Positions 1 through 10,911 of a stretch of DNA of 64,000 nucleotides are shown piece after piece. The notes below the pieces were generated by a model. The model was not told where the DNA came from and did no database searches. It was given only the letters and a program-made list of their open reading frames with translations. This DNA is from an uncultured Pelagibacteraceae bacterium. GTDB taxonomy: Bacteria > Pseudomonadota > Alphaproteobacteria > Pelagibacterales > Pelagibacteraceae. Every line of letters starts with the position of its first letter. Within the stretch, counting starts at the first letter, position 1. A program made the position numbers and the translations under genes. The stretch lies in NCBI GenBank assembly GCA_902626245.1, contig CACOED010000002.1, positions 11,998 to 75,997 of the forward strand. The letters are read 5' to 3'.

Positions 1-363
1 TTTTTTTGCTTGTATTTTGTCGCCCATCATTTCAATTAATTTCGATGATGGTCCTATAAATTTAATTTTATAATCTTCTAGTATTTTTGCAAAGTCAGGA
101 TTTTCTGAAAGAAAGCCATATCCTGGATGAACTGCTTCTGCATTTGTAAGTTCAATTGCGGACATGATTGCTGGAATATTTAAGTAACTATTTATTGGCT
201 GATGCGTTCCAACACATACACTCTCATCTGCCAGTCTCACATGCATACTTTCTCTATCTACATCGGAATGGATTGCAACAGTGGAAATTCCCCATTCCTT
301 ACATGCTCTAATTACTCTAACAGCAATCTCTCCTCGATTAGCGACTAATATTTTTTTAAACAT
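1..363 (-). CDS. accC: Acetyl-CoA carboxylase biotin carboxylase subunit (5' part; runs off the window)
   Basis: Manual translation from the ATG at 363 gives [25 protein letters not shown]...[10 protein letters not shown]; the start overlaps the accB stop (TAATG). Confidence 0.95.
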   Translation of the reverse strand, partial: MFKKILVANRGEIAVRVIRACKEWGISTVAIHSDVDRESMHVRLADESVCVGTHQPINSYLNIPAIMSAIELTNAEAVHPGYGFLSENPDFAKILEDYKIKFIGPSSKLIEMMGDKIQAKK

Positions 364-722
364 TACTCAAGAATTACAATTTTTTGATCGAACTCAACTG
401 GCTGGCCATCTTCTACACAAATTTCTTTAACTATACCATTTGATGACGAAGGAACATGATTCATTGTTTTCATTGCCTCTATAATCATAACTGTGTCACC
501 TTTTTTTATTTTTTTCCCTACTTCAATAAATTTTTTACCACCTGGTTCTGCAGCCAGATAGGCGGTTCCAACTATGGGACTTTTTACAATTATTTTGTCT
601 GATAAATCTATTTTTTCATCAACAATATTATCTTTAGTTTCAATATCGATATCCTTTAAAGATTTTTTTAAATCTTCTAATGCTTGGATTAATTTAATAA
701 CTATTTTTTTATCTATTTCCAT
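363..722 (-). CDS. accB: Biotin carboxyl carrier protein (compact)
   Basis: EAMKTM biotinyl-lysine motif and SPIVGT; aroQ-accB-accC synteny. Confidence 0.95.
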   Translation of the reverse strand: MEIDKKIVIKLIQALEDLKKSLKDIDIETKDNIVDEKIDLSDKIIVKSPIVGTAYLAAEPGGKKFIEVGKKIKKGDTVMIIEAMKTMNHVPSSSNGIVKEICVEDGQPVEFDQKIVILE

Positions 723-1155
723 TTTTTAGTAATTCATGCATTGCATTTATGGCCAAAATATATCCATTTGAACCAAGTCCACAAATTATTCCAGTTACAA
801 TTCCAGAAATCAAAGATTTTTGTCTAAATTCTTCTCTTTTATAAATATTTGATATATGTAATTCGATTATTGGTTTTTTAAATATATCAAGTGCATCTCT
901 AATTGAAACTGAAGTATGAGTATAGCCTGCGGCATTTATTATTATTCCGTCATGAGATTTTCTGGAGACTTGAATTTTATTCACAATTTCTCCTTCAATA
1001 TTTGATTGAAAAAAGTCAGTATTTATTCCAATTTTTTTTGAATGATCGGTGCATTTTTTTTTTAATTCATCAAAAGTTATATTTCCATATTGAGATTGTT
1101 CTCTTTCGCCTAATAGATTAAGATTTGGACCATTAATAATAATTATATTATTCAC
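709..1155 (-). CDS. aroQ: Type II 3-dehydroquinate dehydratase
   Basis: NGPNLNLLGERE..YG, NAAGYTHTS and ELHISN motifs; GTG start. Confidence 0.95.
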   Translation of the reverse strand: MNNIIIINGPNLNLLGEREQSQYGNITFDELKKKCTDHSKKIGINTDFFQSNIEGEIVNKIQVSRKSHDGIIINAAGYTHTSVSIRDALDIFKKPIIELHISNIYKREEFRQKSLISGIVTGIICGLGSNGYILAINAMHELLKNGNR

Positions 1156-1171
1156 ATTAAACTTATATTAC

Positions 1172-1390
1172 ATGAATATTAAAAATAAAATAAAAATTAA
1201 AGTGAATGGAAAAAGACTTATATTTGATCAAAATACAACAGTTGATAAATTAACAAAAAAACTCAAAATACCTTTAAATAAAGTAGCCATAGAATTAAAT
1301 AAAAAAATTTTAGATAAAAAAAAATTGAAAAAAATAAAATTAAAAGTAAATGATAAAATTGAAATAGTTCATTTTATAGGTGGAGGCTGA
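1172..1390 (+). CDS. thiS: Thiamine biosynthesis sulfur carrier
   Basis: Ubiquitin-like size, C-terminal [10 protein letters not shown], coupled to thiG. Confidence 0.92.
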   Translation: MNIKNKIKIKVNGKRLIFDQNTTVDKLTKKLKIPLNKVAIELNKKILDKKKLKKIKLKVNDKIEIVHFIGGG

Positions 1391-2166
1391 TGAAAAAAAA
1401 AGATTATTTAAAAATAGATAAAAAAAATTTTTTATCTAGATTAATAGTAGGAACTGGAAAGTATAAAAATATGAGTGAGTGTGCAAAAGCAATAAAAATA
1501 TCTGGTGCAGAAATTGTTACAGTTGCTGTAAGAAGGGTAAATATTGTAGATAAAAATAAACCACTATTAATGGATTATATTGATCCCAAAAAAATTACTT
1601 ATCTACCTAATACTGCAGGATGTTTTAATTCAGAACAAGCGCTAAGAACACTTAGACTAGCAAGAGAAATTGGAGGATGGAAATTAGTTAAGTTAGAAGT
1701 TTTAGGAGATAAAAAAAATTTATTACCTGATATGATAGAGACATTAAAATCAACTGAAGTCTTAACAAGAGAAGGTTTTAAAGTTATGGTTTACTGTAAT
1801 GACGATCCTTTAATGGCTAAGAGATTAGAAAATGCTGGAGCAACAGCTATAATGCCTCTCGCTGCTCCTATAGGATCTGGTTTAGGAATTCAAAATAAGT
1901 TAAATATTAAAATAATAAGAGATCAAACAAAACTTCCTTTGATTATTGATGCTGGTATTGGAACAGCTTCAGATGCATCAATGGCAATGGAAATTGGTTG
2001 CGATGGAGTTTTAATAAATACTGCAATAGCAAGAGCAAAAAATCCTTTTGTTATGGCTGATGCTATGAGGCATGCTGTTATTGCAGGAAGAAAATCATAT
2101 TTATCAGGCCGTATAAAAAAAAATATTTTTGGTAGTGCTTCTTCTCCAAGTAAAGGTTTAATTTAA
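1390..2166 (+). CDS. thiG: Thiazole synthase
   Basis: [31 protein letters not shown] and DAGIG motifs. Confidence 0.97.
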   Translation: MKKKDYLKIDKKNFLSRLIVGTGKYKNMSECAKAIKISGAEIVTVAVRRVNIVDKNKPLLMDYIDPKKITYLPNTAGCFNSEQALRTLRLAREIGGWKLVKLEVLGDKKNLLPDMIETLKSTEVLTREGFKVMVYCNDDPLMAKRLENAGATAIMPLAAPIGSGLGIQNKLNIKIIRDQTKLPLIIDAGIGTASDASMAMEIGCDGVLINTAIARAKNPFVMADAMRHAVIAGRKSYLSGRIKKNIFGSASSPSKGLI

Positions 2167-3923
2167 TTTTTTTTAATTTTTTTTTTATAAAACTTTTTCT
2201 TTTTAAATTTTTTTTTATTTATATTGTAATTTTTTGCTTCAGGTTTTGAAATTTTAAGTTTTTGTAAATTAGAAACTTTTTCTATTTTTTCAATCATTTT
2301 GTTTGTTTTAGATAAAAACTCAACCTCATAATCATCTAGTCCTAATAAATTATTATCAAATAAATTTATTTCTACTTTATTTTTATTTTTAAAGTAATCA
2401 AAATCATCCATATAATTATCTTTAATAAAATTGTTGATTTTTTCATTGAGATTTAATTTAATAATCTTTGCATTACATTCTAGCGTTTTTAATTCAATTA
2501 GTTTGATGATTTTTAAAACAAAAGTTTCATTAGATAGTTTTAAATTCCATTTTACACTACTTTCTCTTAGTCTTTGTCTTGACATTTCAAGAAGTCCAAA
2601 ATTACTTATTCTACCTATTTGAATTCTTGCTCTATCAGTTCTACATTTATCTTTAAGCTTTCTTTCAACTAATCTTTTATTTGAGTAATTAAGCATATCT
2701 ATAAAATCTATAATAATTAATCCAGATAGATCTCTTAATTTTATTTGTCGCGCTATTTCTTCAGCTGCCTCTAGGTTTGTATCCAGTGCTGTACTTTCAA
2801 CATTTTTTTGTTTTATTGAACTGCCTGAGTTCACATCTATAGATACTAAAGCTTCGGTTGGATTTATTACTAAATATCCACCAGATTTTAATTTAACTTC
2901 AGTTTCAAAGATTTGAAATAGTTTTGATTCAATTTTTTCCTTAAAAAATAAAGGTACTTTATCTCGATATTTTTTAACTTTTTTTACATTATTAGGCATT
3001 ACCAATTTCATATAACTTTTTGCCTTTTGATACCCTTCATTTCCATCAACTATTATATTTTGTGTTTCATCACTATACATATCTCTAATAGATCTTTTTA
3101 TAATATCACTTTCTTGATGAATTAAATTTGGAGCAATAGAATTAATTGCTTTTTCTTTAATCGAATTCCAAATATTGATTAAATTTTTTAAATCGTTTTC
3201 AATTTCATTCTTTGTTTTATTTGAACCAGCAGTTCTTACTATTAAACCCATTTCTTTTGGTATTTGTATTTCATTTAAAATTTTTCTAATTTTTTTTCTA
3301 TCAGCAGGATTAAAAATTTTTCTTGAAATTCCCCCACCTTTTGGAGTGTTGGGCATCAAAACAATATATTTTCCGGCAATCGATATAAATGTGCTAAGTG
3401 CGGCACCTTTTAATCCTCTTTCATCTTTAAGAACTTGTATTAAAATTACCTGATTAGGTTTTATAACTTCTTGAATTTTGTATCTTTTTGTTGGATATCT
3501 TTTTTCTTTTTTATGTTCTTCAATTTTATTTTCTAAAGGAGTTTTTTCTATTGGGTCCTGATTAAAAGAGTCGTTGTTATTGTTATCAATTGTTTTTTCT
3601 TCTGTTCTTTCATCTTCTTTTATTAATTCCTCTCTTACTTTTTCTTCTTCTTCTTTAATTTTCTCAAGATCACTTAATGGAATTTGATAATAGTCAGACT
3701 GAATATCATTGAATGACAAAAAACCATGTCTCTCTCTTCCAAAATCTACGAAAGCAGCTTGCAAAGAAGGTTCTATTCTACTTACTTTTCCAAGATAGAT
3801 GTTGTTTTTTATTAAACTATTACTTACACTTTCGTATTCGTAATCTTCAATATTATCATCTGATTTAAGTACAACTCTAGTTTCATTTGGATGCGACGCA
3901 TCAATATATAAATTTTTAGACAT
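2163..3923 (-). CDS. rne: Ribonuclease E (compact; no scaffold domain, no Zn-link)
   Basis: S1 domain ([17 protein letters not shown]), [20 protein letters not shown] and EMSRQR. Confidence 0.93.
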   Translation of the reverse strand: MSKNLYIDASHPNETRVVLKSDDNIEDYEYESVSNSLIKNNIYLGKVSRIEPSLQAAFVDFGRERHGFLSFNDIQSDYYQIPLSDLEKIKEEEEKVREELIKEDERTEEKTIDNNNNDSFNQDPIEKTPLENKIEEHKKEKRYPTKRYKIQEVIKPNQVILIQVLKDERGLKGAALSTFISIAGKYIVLMPNTPKGGGISRKIFNPADRKKIRKILNEIQIPKEMGLIVRTAGSNKTKNEIENDLKNLINIWNSIKEKAINSIAPNLIHQESDIIKRSIRDMYSDETQNIIVDGNEGYQKAKSYMKLVMPNNVKKVKKYRDKVPLFFKEKIESKLFQIFETEVKLKSGGYLVINPTEALVSIDVNSGSSIKQKNVESTALDTNLEAAEEIARQIKLRDLSGLIIIDFIDMLNYSNKRLVERKLKDKCRTDRARIQIGRISNFGLLEMSRQRLRESSVKWNLKLSNETFVLKIIKLIELKTLECNAKIIKLNLNEKINNFIKDNYMDDFDYFKNKNKVEINLFDNNLLGLDDYEVEFLSKTNKMIEKIEKVSNLQKLKISKPEAKNYNINKKKFKKKKFYKKKIKKN

Positions 3924-4006
3924 AGATTATTTTTATTATTTTTCATTTTATTTTTATAAATTCGGTGCCTTATCTTTAACAAATTCGCAAACTAAATTAT
4001 ACAAAA

Positions 4007-6346
4007 ATGAACAAAGTAATAAAAAAAACTCTAATTTTTCTAATTACAGCAAGTATAGCTTTTATGTTAGCAATCATATCTATTCTTTGGTTGTATTCAA
4101 ATAAATTACCAGATTATAAGTTTTTAAAAATGTATAAACCACCTGTTTCGAGTAAATTATATTCAGGAAGTGGTGAGTTAGTTAGTGATTTTTCGTCAGA
4201 AAAAAGAATATTTGTGCCCTATGAAACAATACCAAAAATTGTGATTAATTCTTTTTTATCAGCTGAGGATAAAAACTTTTTTACTCATCCAGGCGTTGAT
4301 GCAAAAGGAATAATGAGAGCTGTATTTAATAATATTTCAAATATTATTTCTTCAGAGAGACTCGAAGGAGCTTCAACTATTACTCAGCAGGTAGCTAAAA
4401 ATTTTCTTCTAACAAACGAAGTAAGTATAAACAGAAAAATAAAGGAAGCTATTCTTGCATTTAGAATTGAAAGAGCCTTAACAAAAGAGAGAATATTGGA
4501 ACTTTATCTTAACCAGATTTATCTAGGTGAGGGCACTTATGGTATTGCATCAGCCAGTTTAGAATATTTTGATAAGCCTATAAACAAATTGAATTATGCA
4601 GAATCTGCTTTATTAGCCGCACTCCCAAAGGCCCCAAGTAAATACAATCCTTATAAAAATATAAAACTTGCAAAATATAGAAGAAATTTAGTAATAAAAA
4701 ATTTATATGATAATTCTTATATTGATGAAAAAAAATATAAAAAATTACTTAACTCAGAAATAAAATTAAGAAAAAGAAAAAAAAAATATTTAGAGGATGC
4801 TAGATATTATGTTGAAGATTTAAGAAAAAATCTTGTTGATAAATATGGTTTTGAAAAAATTTATAAACAAGGATTTACAATTAAAACTCCTATAAATTTA
4901 AAACTACAATCTTTTGCGACTCAATCTTTAAGAGATGGTCTTGAAGAATATGATAAAAGAAAAGGATGGAGAGGACCTTTGTTTAATAAAAAAAATTTTA
5001 ATAACTGGAATAAAAATCTTGAAAAATACAAATTGGAAAAAACAATAGGTTGGAAATTAGCAATTATAAAAAAAATTGATAAATTTTTTGTTGAAATCGA
5101 AACTGAAAACAAATTTAAAGGAAAAATAAAGTACAAAGATATTTCATGGACAAAAAGAGAACTAGATGAAATTTTCAAAAAAGGCGATGTAGTTTACGTA
5201 AAAAAAATAAAAGATAATTTTTATAGTCTCAAACAAGTTCCAAAAGCAAATGGAGGTATTGTTGTTTTAGACCCTTACACAGGAAGAGTTCTCGCTATGT
5301 CTGGTGGTTTTAGTTTTAAAATGAGTGAGTTTAACAGAGCCACTCAAGCATTGAGACAACCCGGATCAGCTTTTAAACCATTTGTTTATGCTTTAGCATT
5401 AGAAAATAATTTTACTCCATCATCACTAATTCTAGATGCTCCAATCGTTTTAGATCAAGGTGAGGATTTAAAAATGTGGAAACCAGAAAATTATGGAAAA
5501 AAATTTTATGGCCCATCAACAATTAGAACTGGCATTGAAAAATCTAGAAATTTAATGACAGTAAGAATTTCTCAGGAAATCGGAATTGATAAAATTGCAA
5601 AATTATCAAAAAAATTAAAAATTTATGAAAATCCTGAAGAATTAATGTCAATCTCATTAGGATCCGCTGAAACAACTTTGTTAAAGCTAACTACTGCATA
5701 TTGTTCTTTTGTAAATGGAGGTAAATTGGTAGAACCAATATTTTTAGATAGGATTCAAGATAGTGAAGGAAGTACAATTTATAATTCAGAAAAAAGAACC
5801 TGTGAAAAATGTCAAGAAATTTCATACCTAGGAGATGAAATTCCAAAAATTAATGATAATTTTCAAAGAATTTTTTCTGAGGAAACTGCCTATCAAATTA
5901 CTTCGATTTTAGAAGGTGTAATTAAAAGAGGAACCGCAAGAGGTTTAAAAGATTTAAACTTAGATCTTGCAGGAAAAACTGGAACAACTAATAAAAATAC
6001 AGATGCATGGTTTGTAGGATTTACATCAAATTTAGTTATTGGAGTATATATAGGACATGATGAACCAAAAAGTTTAGGGAAGTACGAAACAGGTTCTAAA
6101 ACTGCAATGCCTATTTTTAAATCATTTATAAAAAATGCTATAAAAAAAGGTGACGCAAGACCATTTAAAGTTGCAAAAAATATTAAATTCTTAGTTGTTG
6201 ATCAAAAATCTGGTAGAAAAGCTGATTTTGGTTCAAAAACTACCATTATAGAAGCTTTTAAAAAAAATGATTTAACAAATAATTTAACACAAAATGAAAA
6301 TTTAAATTTAAAAATTCATCAAAATAATATATTAAAATTTTACTAA
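4007..6346 (+). CDS. mrcA: Class A penicillin-binding protein 1A
   Basis: N-terminal TM; transglycosylase EDKNFF and GASTITQQVAKN; transpeptidase SAFK, SRN and KTG. Confidence 0.93.
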   Translation: MNKVIKKTLIFLITASIAFMLAIISILWLYSNKLPDYKFLKMYKPPVSSKLYSGSGELVSDFSSEKRIFVPYETIPKIVINSFLSAEDKNFFTHPGVDAKGIMRAVFNNISNIISSERLEGASTITQQVAKNFLLTNEVSINRKIKEAILAFRIERALTKERILELYLNQIYLGEGTYGIASASLEYFDKPINKLNYAESALLAALPKAPSKYNPYKNIKLAKYRRNLVIKNLYDNSYIDEKKYKKLLNSEIKLRKRKKKYLEDARYYVEDLRKNLVDKYGFEKIYKQGFTIKTPINLKLQSFATQSLRDGLEEYDKRKGWRGPLFNKKNFNNWNKNLEKYKLEKTIGWKLAIIKKIDKFFVEIETENKFKGKIKYKDISWTKRELDEIFKKGDVVYVKKIKDNFYSLKQVPKANGGIVVLDPYTGRVLAMSGGFSFKMSEFNRATQALRQPGSAFKPFVYALALENNFTPSSLILDAPIVLDQGEDLKMWKPENYGKKFYGPSTIRTGIEKSRNLMTVRISQEIGIDKIAKLSKKLKIYENPEELMSISLGSAETTLLKLTTAYCSFVNGGKLVEPIFLDRIQDSEGSTIYNSEKRTCEKCQEISYLGDEIPKINDNFQRIFSEETAYQITSILEGVIKRGTARGLKDLNLDLAGKTGTTNKNTDAWFVGFTSNLVIGVYIGHDEPKSLGKYETGSKTAMPIFKSFIKNAIKKGDARPFKVAKNIKFLVVDQKSGRKADFGSKTTIIEAFKKNDLTNNLTQNENLNLKIHQNNILKFY

Positions 6347-7444
6347 TGAATAAAGACTTTATAAGTTATCAAACTGAAATAAAAAAAATAAGCTTAAGAA
6401 TTAAGGAGTATCTTTGAAAAACAGGATATTTACTCTAAGTTAGAGGATATAAATAAAAATATTTTAGAAAAGAATTTTTGGCAAAACAAGTTTAAAGCTG
6501 AAAAAACTTTAAAAGAAAAAAAAATCTTTGAAGATTTAGTTCATGGTTATGAAATTTCACAAAAAAAATTTAATGAAATTACTGATCTATATAACCTCGC
6601 TTTAGAAGAAAATAATCAAATAATATTAAAAGAGACTGAAAATAATATTTTTGACTTATATAAAGATATAAAAAAAAATGAAATTAAATGTTTTTTATCT
6701 AATGAAGCAGATAGCCTTGATATTTACTTAGAAATACATGCAGGCGCTGGCGGGACTGAAAGTCAAGATTGGGCAGAAATGATTAGAAGAATGTATATGA
6801 AATGGGCATCTAGCAAAAATTTTAAATGTCAATTAATCAGCGAACATAAAGGAGATGAAGCTGGAATAAAATCATCTACAATAAAAATAGTTGGAAATTA
6901 TGTTTATGGAATTTTAAAATCAGAATCTGGAATTCATCGTTTAGTAAGAATATCACCTTTTGATTCCGGAGCAAGAAGACATACAAGTTTTGCAAGTGTT
7001 TGGGTCTATCCAGTGATTGATGAGAGTATCAATGTTGAATTATTAGATAAAGATTTAAGAGTCGATACTTACAGATCCAGTGGTGCAGGAGGACAACATG
7101 TTAATACTACAGATAGTGCTGTTAGAATAACACACATACCGACTAAAATAGTAGTTCAATGCCAAAATGATAGATCACAACACAAAAATAAAAATACTTG
7201 TATGAATATGTTAAAAGCAAGACTTTACGAGCACGAACTAAAGAAAAAAGAGCAGAAAATGAAAAGTTCTGAAGAAACAAAAGCTGAAATTGGCTGGGGT
7301 CACCAAATTAGATCATATGTTTTACATCCTTATAGAATGGTTAAAGATAACAGAACAAATTATGAAAGTTCAAGTCCTGATAAAGTGTTAGATGGAGAGA
7401 TTGACGATTTTTTGGAAAGTTCTCTTTATAAATTAAATGATTAG
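6346..7444 (+). CDS. prfB: Peptide chain release factor 2, programmed +1 frameshift (about 365 aa)
   Basis: 23 codons from ATG 6346 to CTT TGA (6412-6417); the +1 frame from 6416 is open (EKQDIY...HAGAGGTESQDWAEM) and joins ORF 6779..7444, which has the SPF and GGQ motifs. Confidence 0.95.
6404..6418 (+). promoter_or_regulatory. prfB frameshift cassette AGGAG-TAT-CTT-TGA-A
   Basis: Internal SD 3 nt upstream of the slippery CTT-T and in-frame UGA; canonical RF2 autoregulation layout. Confidence 0.93.
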
Positions 7445-9635
7445 AAATTTTCTAAAAATATTTACCGTTATATTAATTTTATTATTTTTATTTTTGGGAT
7501 ATTTTTCTTATTTTGGAATAACAACATCAAAATTCAATTCAATTATAAAAGATCAAATTAAAAAACAAAATAATGATGTAGAAATAGAATTAAAAAAAAT
7601 AAAATTACATCTAGATTTAAATAATTTTTCAATAAAAATTAAAACGAAAAATCCAAAAATAATATCATATAATTCAAATTATCTAGATTTGGATGAAATT
7701 TCATCCAGCATTTCAATATCATCATTTTTACAAAATAAATTTGCAATAAAAAACCTTTCTATAAAAAGTAAAAATAATGAAATAAAAAAATATATAGATT
7801 TTTACAGGACAAATAAAAATATTTTTCAAATTATTTTAATAAAGGAAGCTTTAAAAAAAGGAAAAGCAAAAATTAATATTGATTTATACTTTGATGAATT
7901 TGGAAAAATAAAAAATAACTATATTGTAAATGGGAAAATTTCAGATACTGAATTAACAATACCCCAAAGTATAAAAAACCTTAAACTAAATTTTACTATA
8001 AAAAATAATAATTATAAATTTGAAAAAATTTTTTTTAAATTAAATAAAATAAAATTTAATTCAGAAAATATAAATATTCAGAAGAAAAATGAAAAATTTT
8101 ATGTAAATGGGAATTTAAAAAATGAAAAAAATAAGATTGATAATGATTTGATTTTATTAATCCTTAATAAAAATTTTAAAAATTTCGATTTTTCTAATTC
8201 TAATTTTGAATCAAGTTCTAATTTTACATTTGACTTTAATAAAAAATTTAAAATTAAAAATCTAAAAGTAAATTCTAAACTGAATTTTGATGAGTTGATT
8301 TTTAAATACGATTTATTTAAAATTAAAAATTACGTAAAAAATTATAACAATTCAATTAGTCTAAAGGATAACAAAATCAACATCCAATATTCAGAAAAAA
8401 AATTTTTATTAATTGGATCTAGTGAATTTTATATTGAGGATGGATTTAGAAATTTTCTTAATTTTAAAATTTCTAAAAATAAAAATAAAACTGATTATGA
8501 AACTTTTTTAGATTTACAAAATATAGAATTAAATTTTGATGATATTAGTTATAGAAAATTAAAAAAGGATAATGCTACATTGAAAATTGATGCGTCTGAA
8601 AATAACAAAACAATATTATTTAAAAAAATAAATTATACGGACAATAAGAATAAAATAGAAATAAATAATTTAAAAATAAATAATAATAAAATATTAAATA
8701 TAGAAGAAATAAAATTTAACTATTTAACGAAAAATAATTTTAAAAATCAACTATCTCTCTCAAAAAAAAATAAAAATTATCAATTAAAAGGAAAAAGTTT
8801 TGATTCTATTCAACTTATAGAAAATATAGCAAATTCAAATTCAGATAATAATTTTTTTAGTATATTTAAAAATTTAAATACAAAGGTCAAAATTAACATC
8901 GATGAAATTAAATTAGATAGCGAAAGTATAATTTATAATATGAATGGAAATTTGGAGATAAAAAATAGTAAAATTTTCGGATTAGATTTAAAATCAAATT
9001 TTTCTAGCAACGAAAAATTATTTATCTCAATTAAAACCCAAACCGACAATGAAGTAGTGACTACATTTTACTCAGATAGAGCAAAACCGTTTGTTAAAAA
9101 ATATAAATTTATAAAAGGATTTGAAGATGGAAATTTGGATTTTAGTTCAAAAAAAATTAATAATGTTTCAGAATCTAAATTAATCATTGATAATTTTAAA
9201 GTTCAAAAAATACCTGTATTAGCTAAAATATTAACCTTAGCATCACTGCAAGGTATTGCAGATCTTTTAACAGGAGAAGGTGTAAGATTTACAGATTTCG
9301 AAATGATTTATTCAAAAAAAGATACTTTAATGACAATTGAAGAAATTTATGCGATAGGACCGGCAATATCAATTATGATGGAAGGTTATGCAGAAGGTAA
9401 AGATCTTATAAGCTTGAGAGGAACATTGGTACCCGCAACAACTATAAATAGAACAATTTCATCTATCCCATTAATTGGTGAATTATTAGTTGGAAAAAAA
9501 GTAGGTGAAGGTGTATTTGGTGTAAGTTTTAAAGTTAAAGGTCCGCCTAAAAATTTAAAAACATCAGTTAATCCAATAAAAACATTAACACCAAGATTTA
9601 TAACAAGAACATTAGAAAAAATTAAAAAAAATTAA
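7437..9635 (+). CDS. AsmA/YhdP-like envelope protein
   Basis: N-terminal TM, long beta-rich N/K body, C-terminal GTLVPA..IN..IS.IPLIG..L.G...VNP..LTP typical of AsmA-like C-termini. Confidence 0.7.
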   Translation: MIRNFLKIFTVILILLFLFLGYFSYFGITTSKFNSIIKDQIKKQNNDVEIELKKIKLHLDLNNFSIKIKTKNPKIISYNSNYLDLDEISSSISISSFLQNKFAIKNLSIKSKNNEIKKYIDFYRTNKNIFQIILIKEALKKGKAKINIDLYFDEFGKIKNNYIVNGKISDTELTIPQSIKNLKLNFTIKNNNYKFEKIFFKLNKIKFNSENINIQKKNEKFYVNGNLKNEKNKIDNDLILLILNKNFKNFDFSNSNFESSSNFTFDFNKKFKIKNLKVNSKLNFDELIFKYDLFKIKNYVKNYNNSISLKDNKINIQYSEKKFLLIGSSEFYIEDGFRNFLNFKISKNKNKTDYETFLDLQNIELNFDDISYRKLKKDNATLKIDASENNKTILFKKINYTDNKNKIEINNLKINNNKILNIEEIKFNYLTKNNFKNQLSLSKKNKNYQLKGKSFDSIQLIENIANSNSDNNFFSIFKNLNTKVKINIDEIKLDSESIIYNMNGNLEIKNSKIFGLDLKSNFSSNEKLFISIKTQTDNEVVTTFYSDRAKPFVKKYKFIKGFEDGNLDFSSKKINNVSESKLIIDNFKVQKIPVLAKILTLASLQGIADLLTGEGVRFTDFEMIYSKKDTLMTIEEIYAIGPAISIMMEGYAEGKDLISLRGTLVPATTINRTISSIPLIGELLVGKKVGEGVFGVSFKVKGPPKNLKTSVNPIKTLTPRFITRTLEKIKKN

Positions 9636-10864
9636 ATTAATTTGATTTTTAAATGTCTCTTTTTACCAATTGATAATTTTAAATAGTTATGCTCATCAAA
9701 TAAATTTTCTTGTATGGCAAATTTTTCATCGAAAATAATTTCATTATTTATTTTTATTCCTTTACCTTTTATAAGTCTTCTAATTTCACTTTTTGAATTT
9801 ATAATTTTTGATAAAATAATTAGATCAACTATATTTATATTACTATTTTTATTTTTAAGCTGAATTTCAACTGAGGGTAAGTTTTCTCCTAATGAATCTT
9901 CTTCAAAAGTTTGCTTTGCAGTTTTTTCTGCCGATATAGACTCATTTTTTCCGTGAAGCATTGATGTAGTTTCATTTGCTAACTTTATCTTTAATTGATT
10001 TATATCTTCATTTTTTATTTTATTTATTTCATCTATACCTAGGTCAGTAAACATTTTTAAAAACCTGATAACATCTTTGTCGTCTGTATTTCTCCAAAAT
10101 TGCCAATAATCATAAGCAGATAATAATTTTTTATCTAACCAAATAGCACCGGTTTCCGTTTTACCCATTTTAGATCCTGAAGCTAAAGTTATAAGTGGAG
10201 TAGTTAAGCCATAAACTTGTTTGTTGGAGTATCTTTTTATTAATTCTGTTCCATTTACTATATTTCCCCATTGATCAGATCCACCAATTTGCAAAGAACA
10301 ATTTTCTTTTTTATTTAATTCTAAAAAATCATATGCTTGTAAAATCATATAATTAAATTCCATATAGCTTAAAGATTGTTCTCTATCCAGTCTTGTTTTT
10401 ACACTTTCAAAAGTAAGCATTTTATTAATTGTAAAATGTTTTCCTATATCTCTTAGGAAAGAAATATAATTCAACCCTTTAAGCCAAGAATAGTTATTTA
10501 CAAAAATAGGTTTAGTTTTTGGATCATTATTATCTAAATAGTTTTTTAAAATTTTTTCAATATTTATAATATTTTTTTCTATTTCGTCTTCAGTTAAAAT
10601 TTTTCTTGTTTTATCTTTACCTGATGGATCACCAATCCTAGTTGTCCCACCACCAATTAATACAATTGGTCTATGACCGTGCTTTTGCATTAATCTTAAA
10701 CACATTATTTGCAGCAAACTTCCCACATGAAGACTTTCGGCAGTACAATCAAAACCGATATAGCCCTTGATTTTTTCTTTATCCAATAATTTAGATAGTT
10801 CGTTTTCACCTGTGCATTGATAAAAATACCCTCTATCTTTAAATTCTTTTAAAAATTTATTCAT
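9632..10864 (-). CDS. tyrS: Tyrosyl-tRNA synthetase
   Basis: GFDCTAESLHVGS (HIGH), QIGGSDQWGN, KMGKT and C-terminal S4; start placed at MNKFL. Confidence 0.96.
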   Translation of the reverse strand: MNKFLKEFKDRGYFYQCTGENELSKLLDKEKIKGYIGFDCTAESLHVGSLLQIMCLRLMQKHGHRPIVLIGGGTTRIGDPSGKDKTRKILTEDEIEKNIINIEKILKNYLDNNDPKTKPIFVNNYSWLKGLNYISFLRDIGKHFTINKMLTFESVKTRLDREQSLSYMEFNYMILQAYDFLELNKKENCSLQIGGSDQWGNIVNGTELIKRYSNKQVYGLTTPLITLASGSKMGKTETGAIWLDKKLLSAYDYWQFWRNTDDKDVIRFLKMFTDLGIDEINKIKNEDINQLKIKLANETTSMLHGKNESISAEKTAKQTFEEDSLGENLPSVEIQLKNKNSNINIVDLIILSKIINSKSEIRRLIKGKGIKINNEIIFDEKFAIQENLFDEHNYLKLSIGKKRHLKIKLI

Positions 10865-10911
10865 AGGTCTATAGTTCCACAATATACATTATTTAATAAA
10901 AAAAAATAAGA

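Noticed and set aside
6346-6778. prfB pseudogene or sequencing frameshift
   Set aside because: The break is the canonical programmed +1 site with an internal SD
7437-9635. Foreign origin or phase variation suggested by extreme AT content and poly-A runs
   Set aside because: The ORF is intact in a housekeeping context, and A-tracts are ubiquitous in this genome
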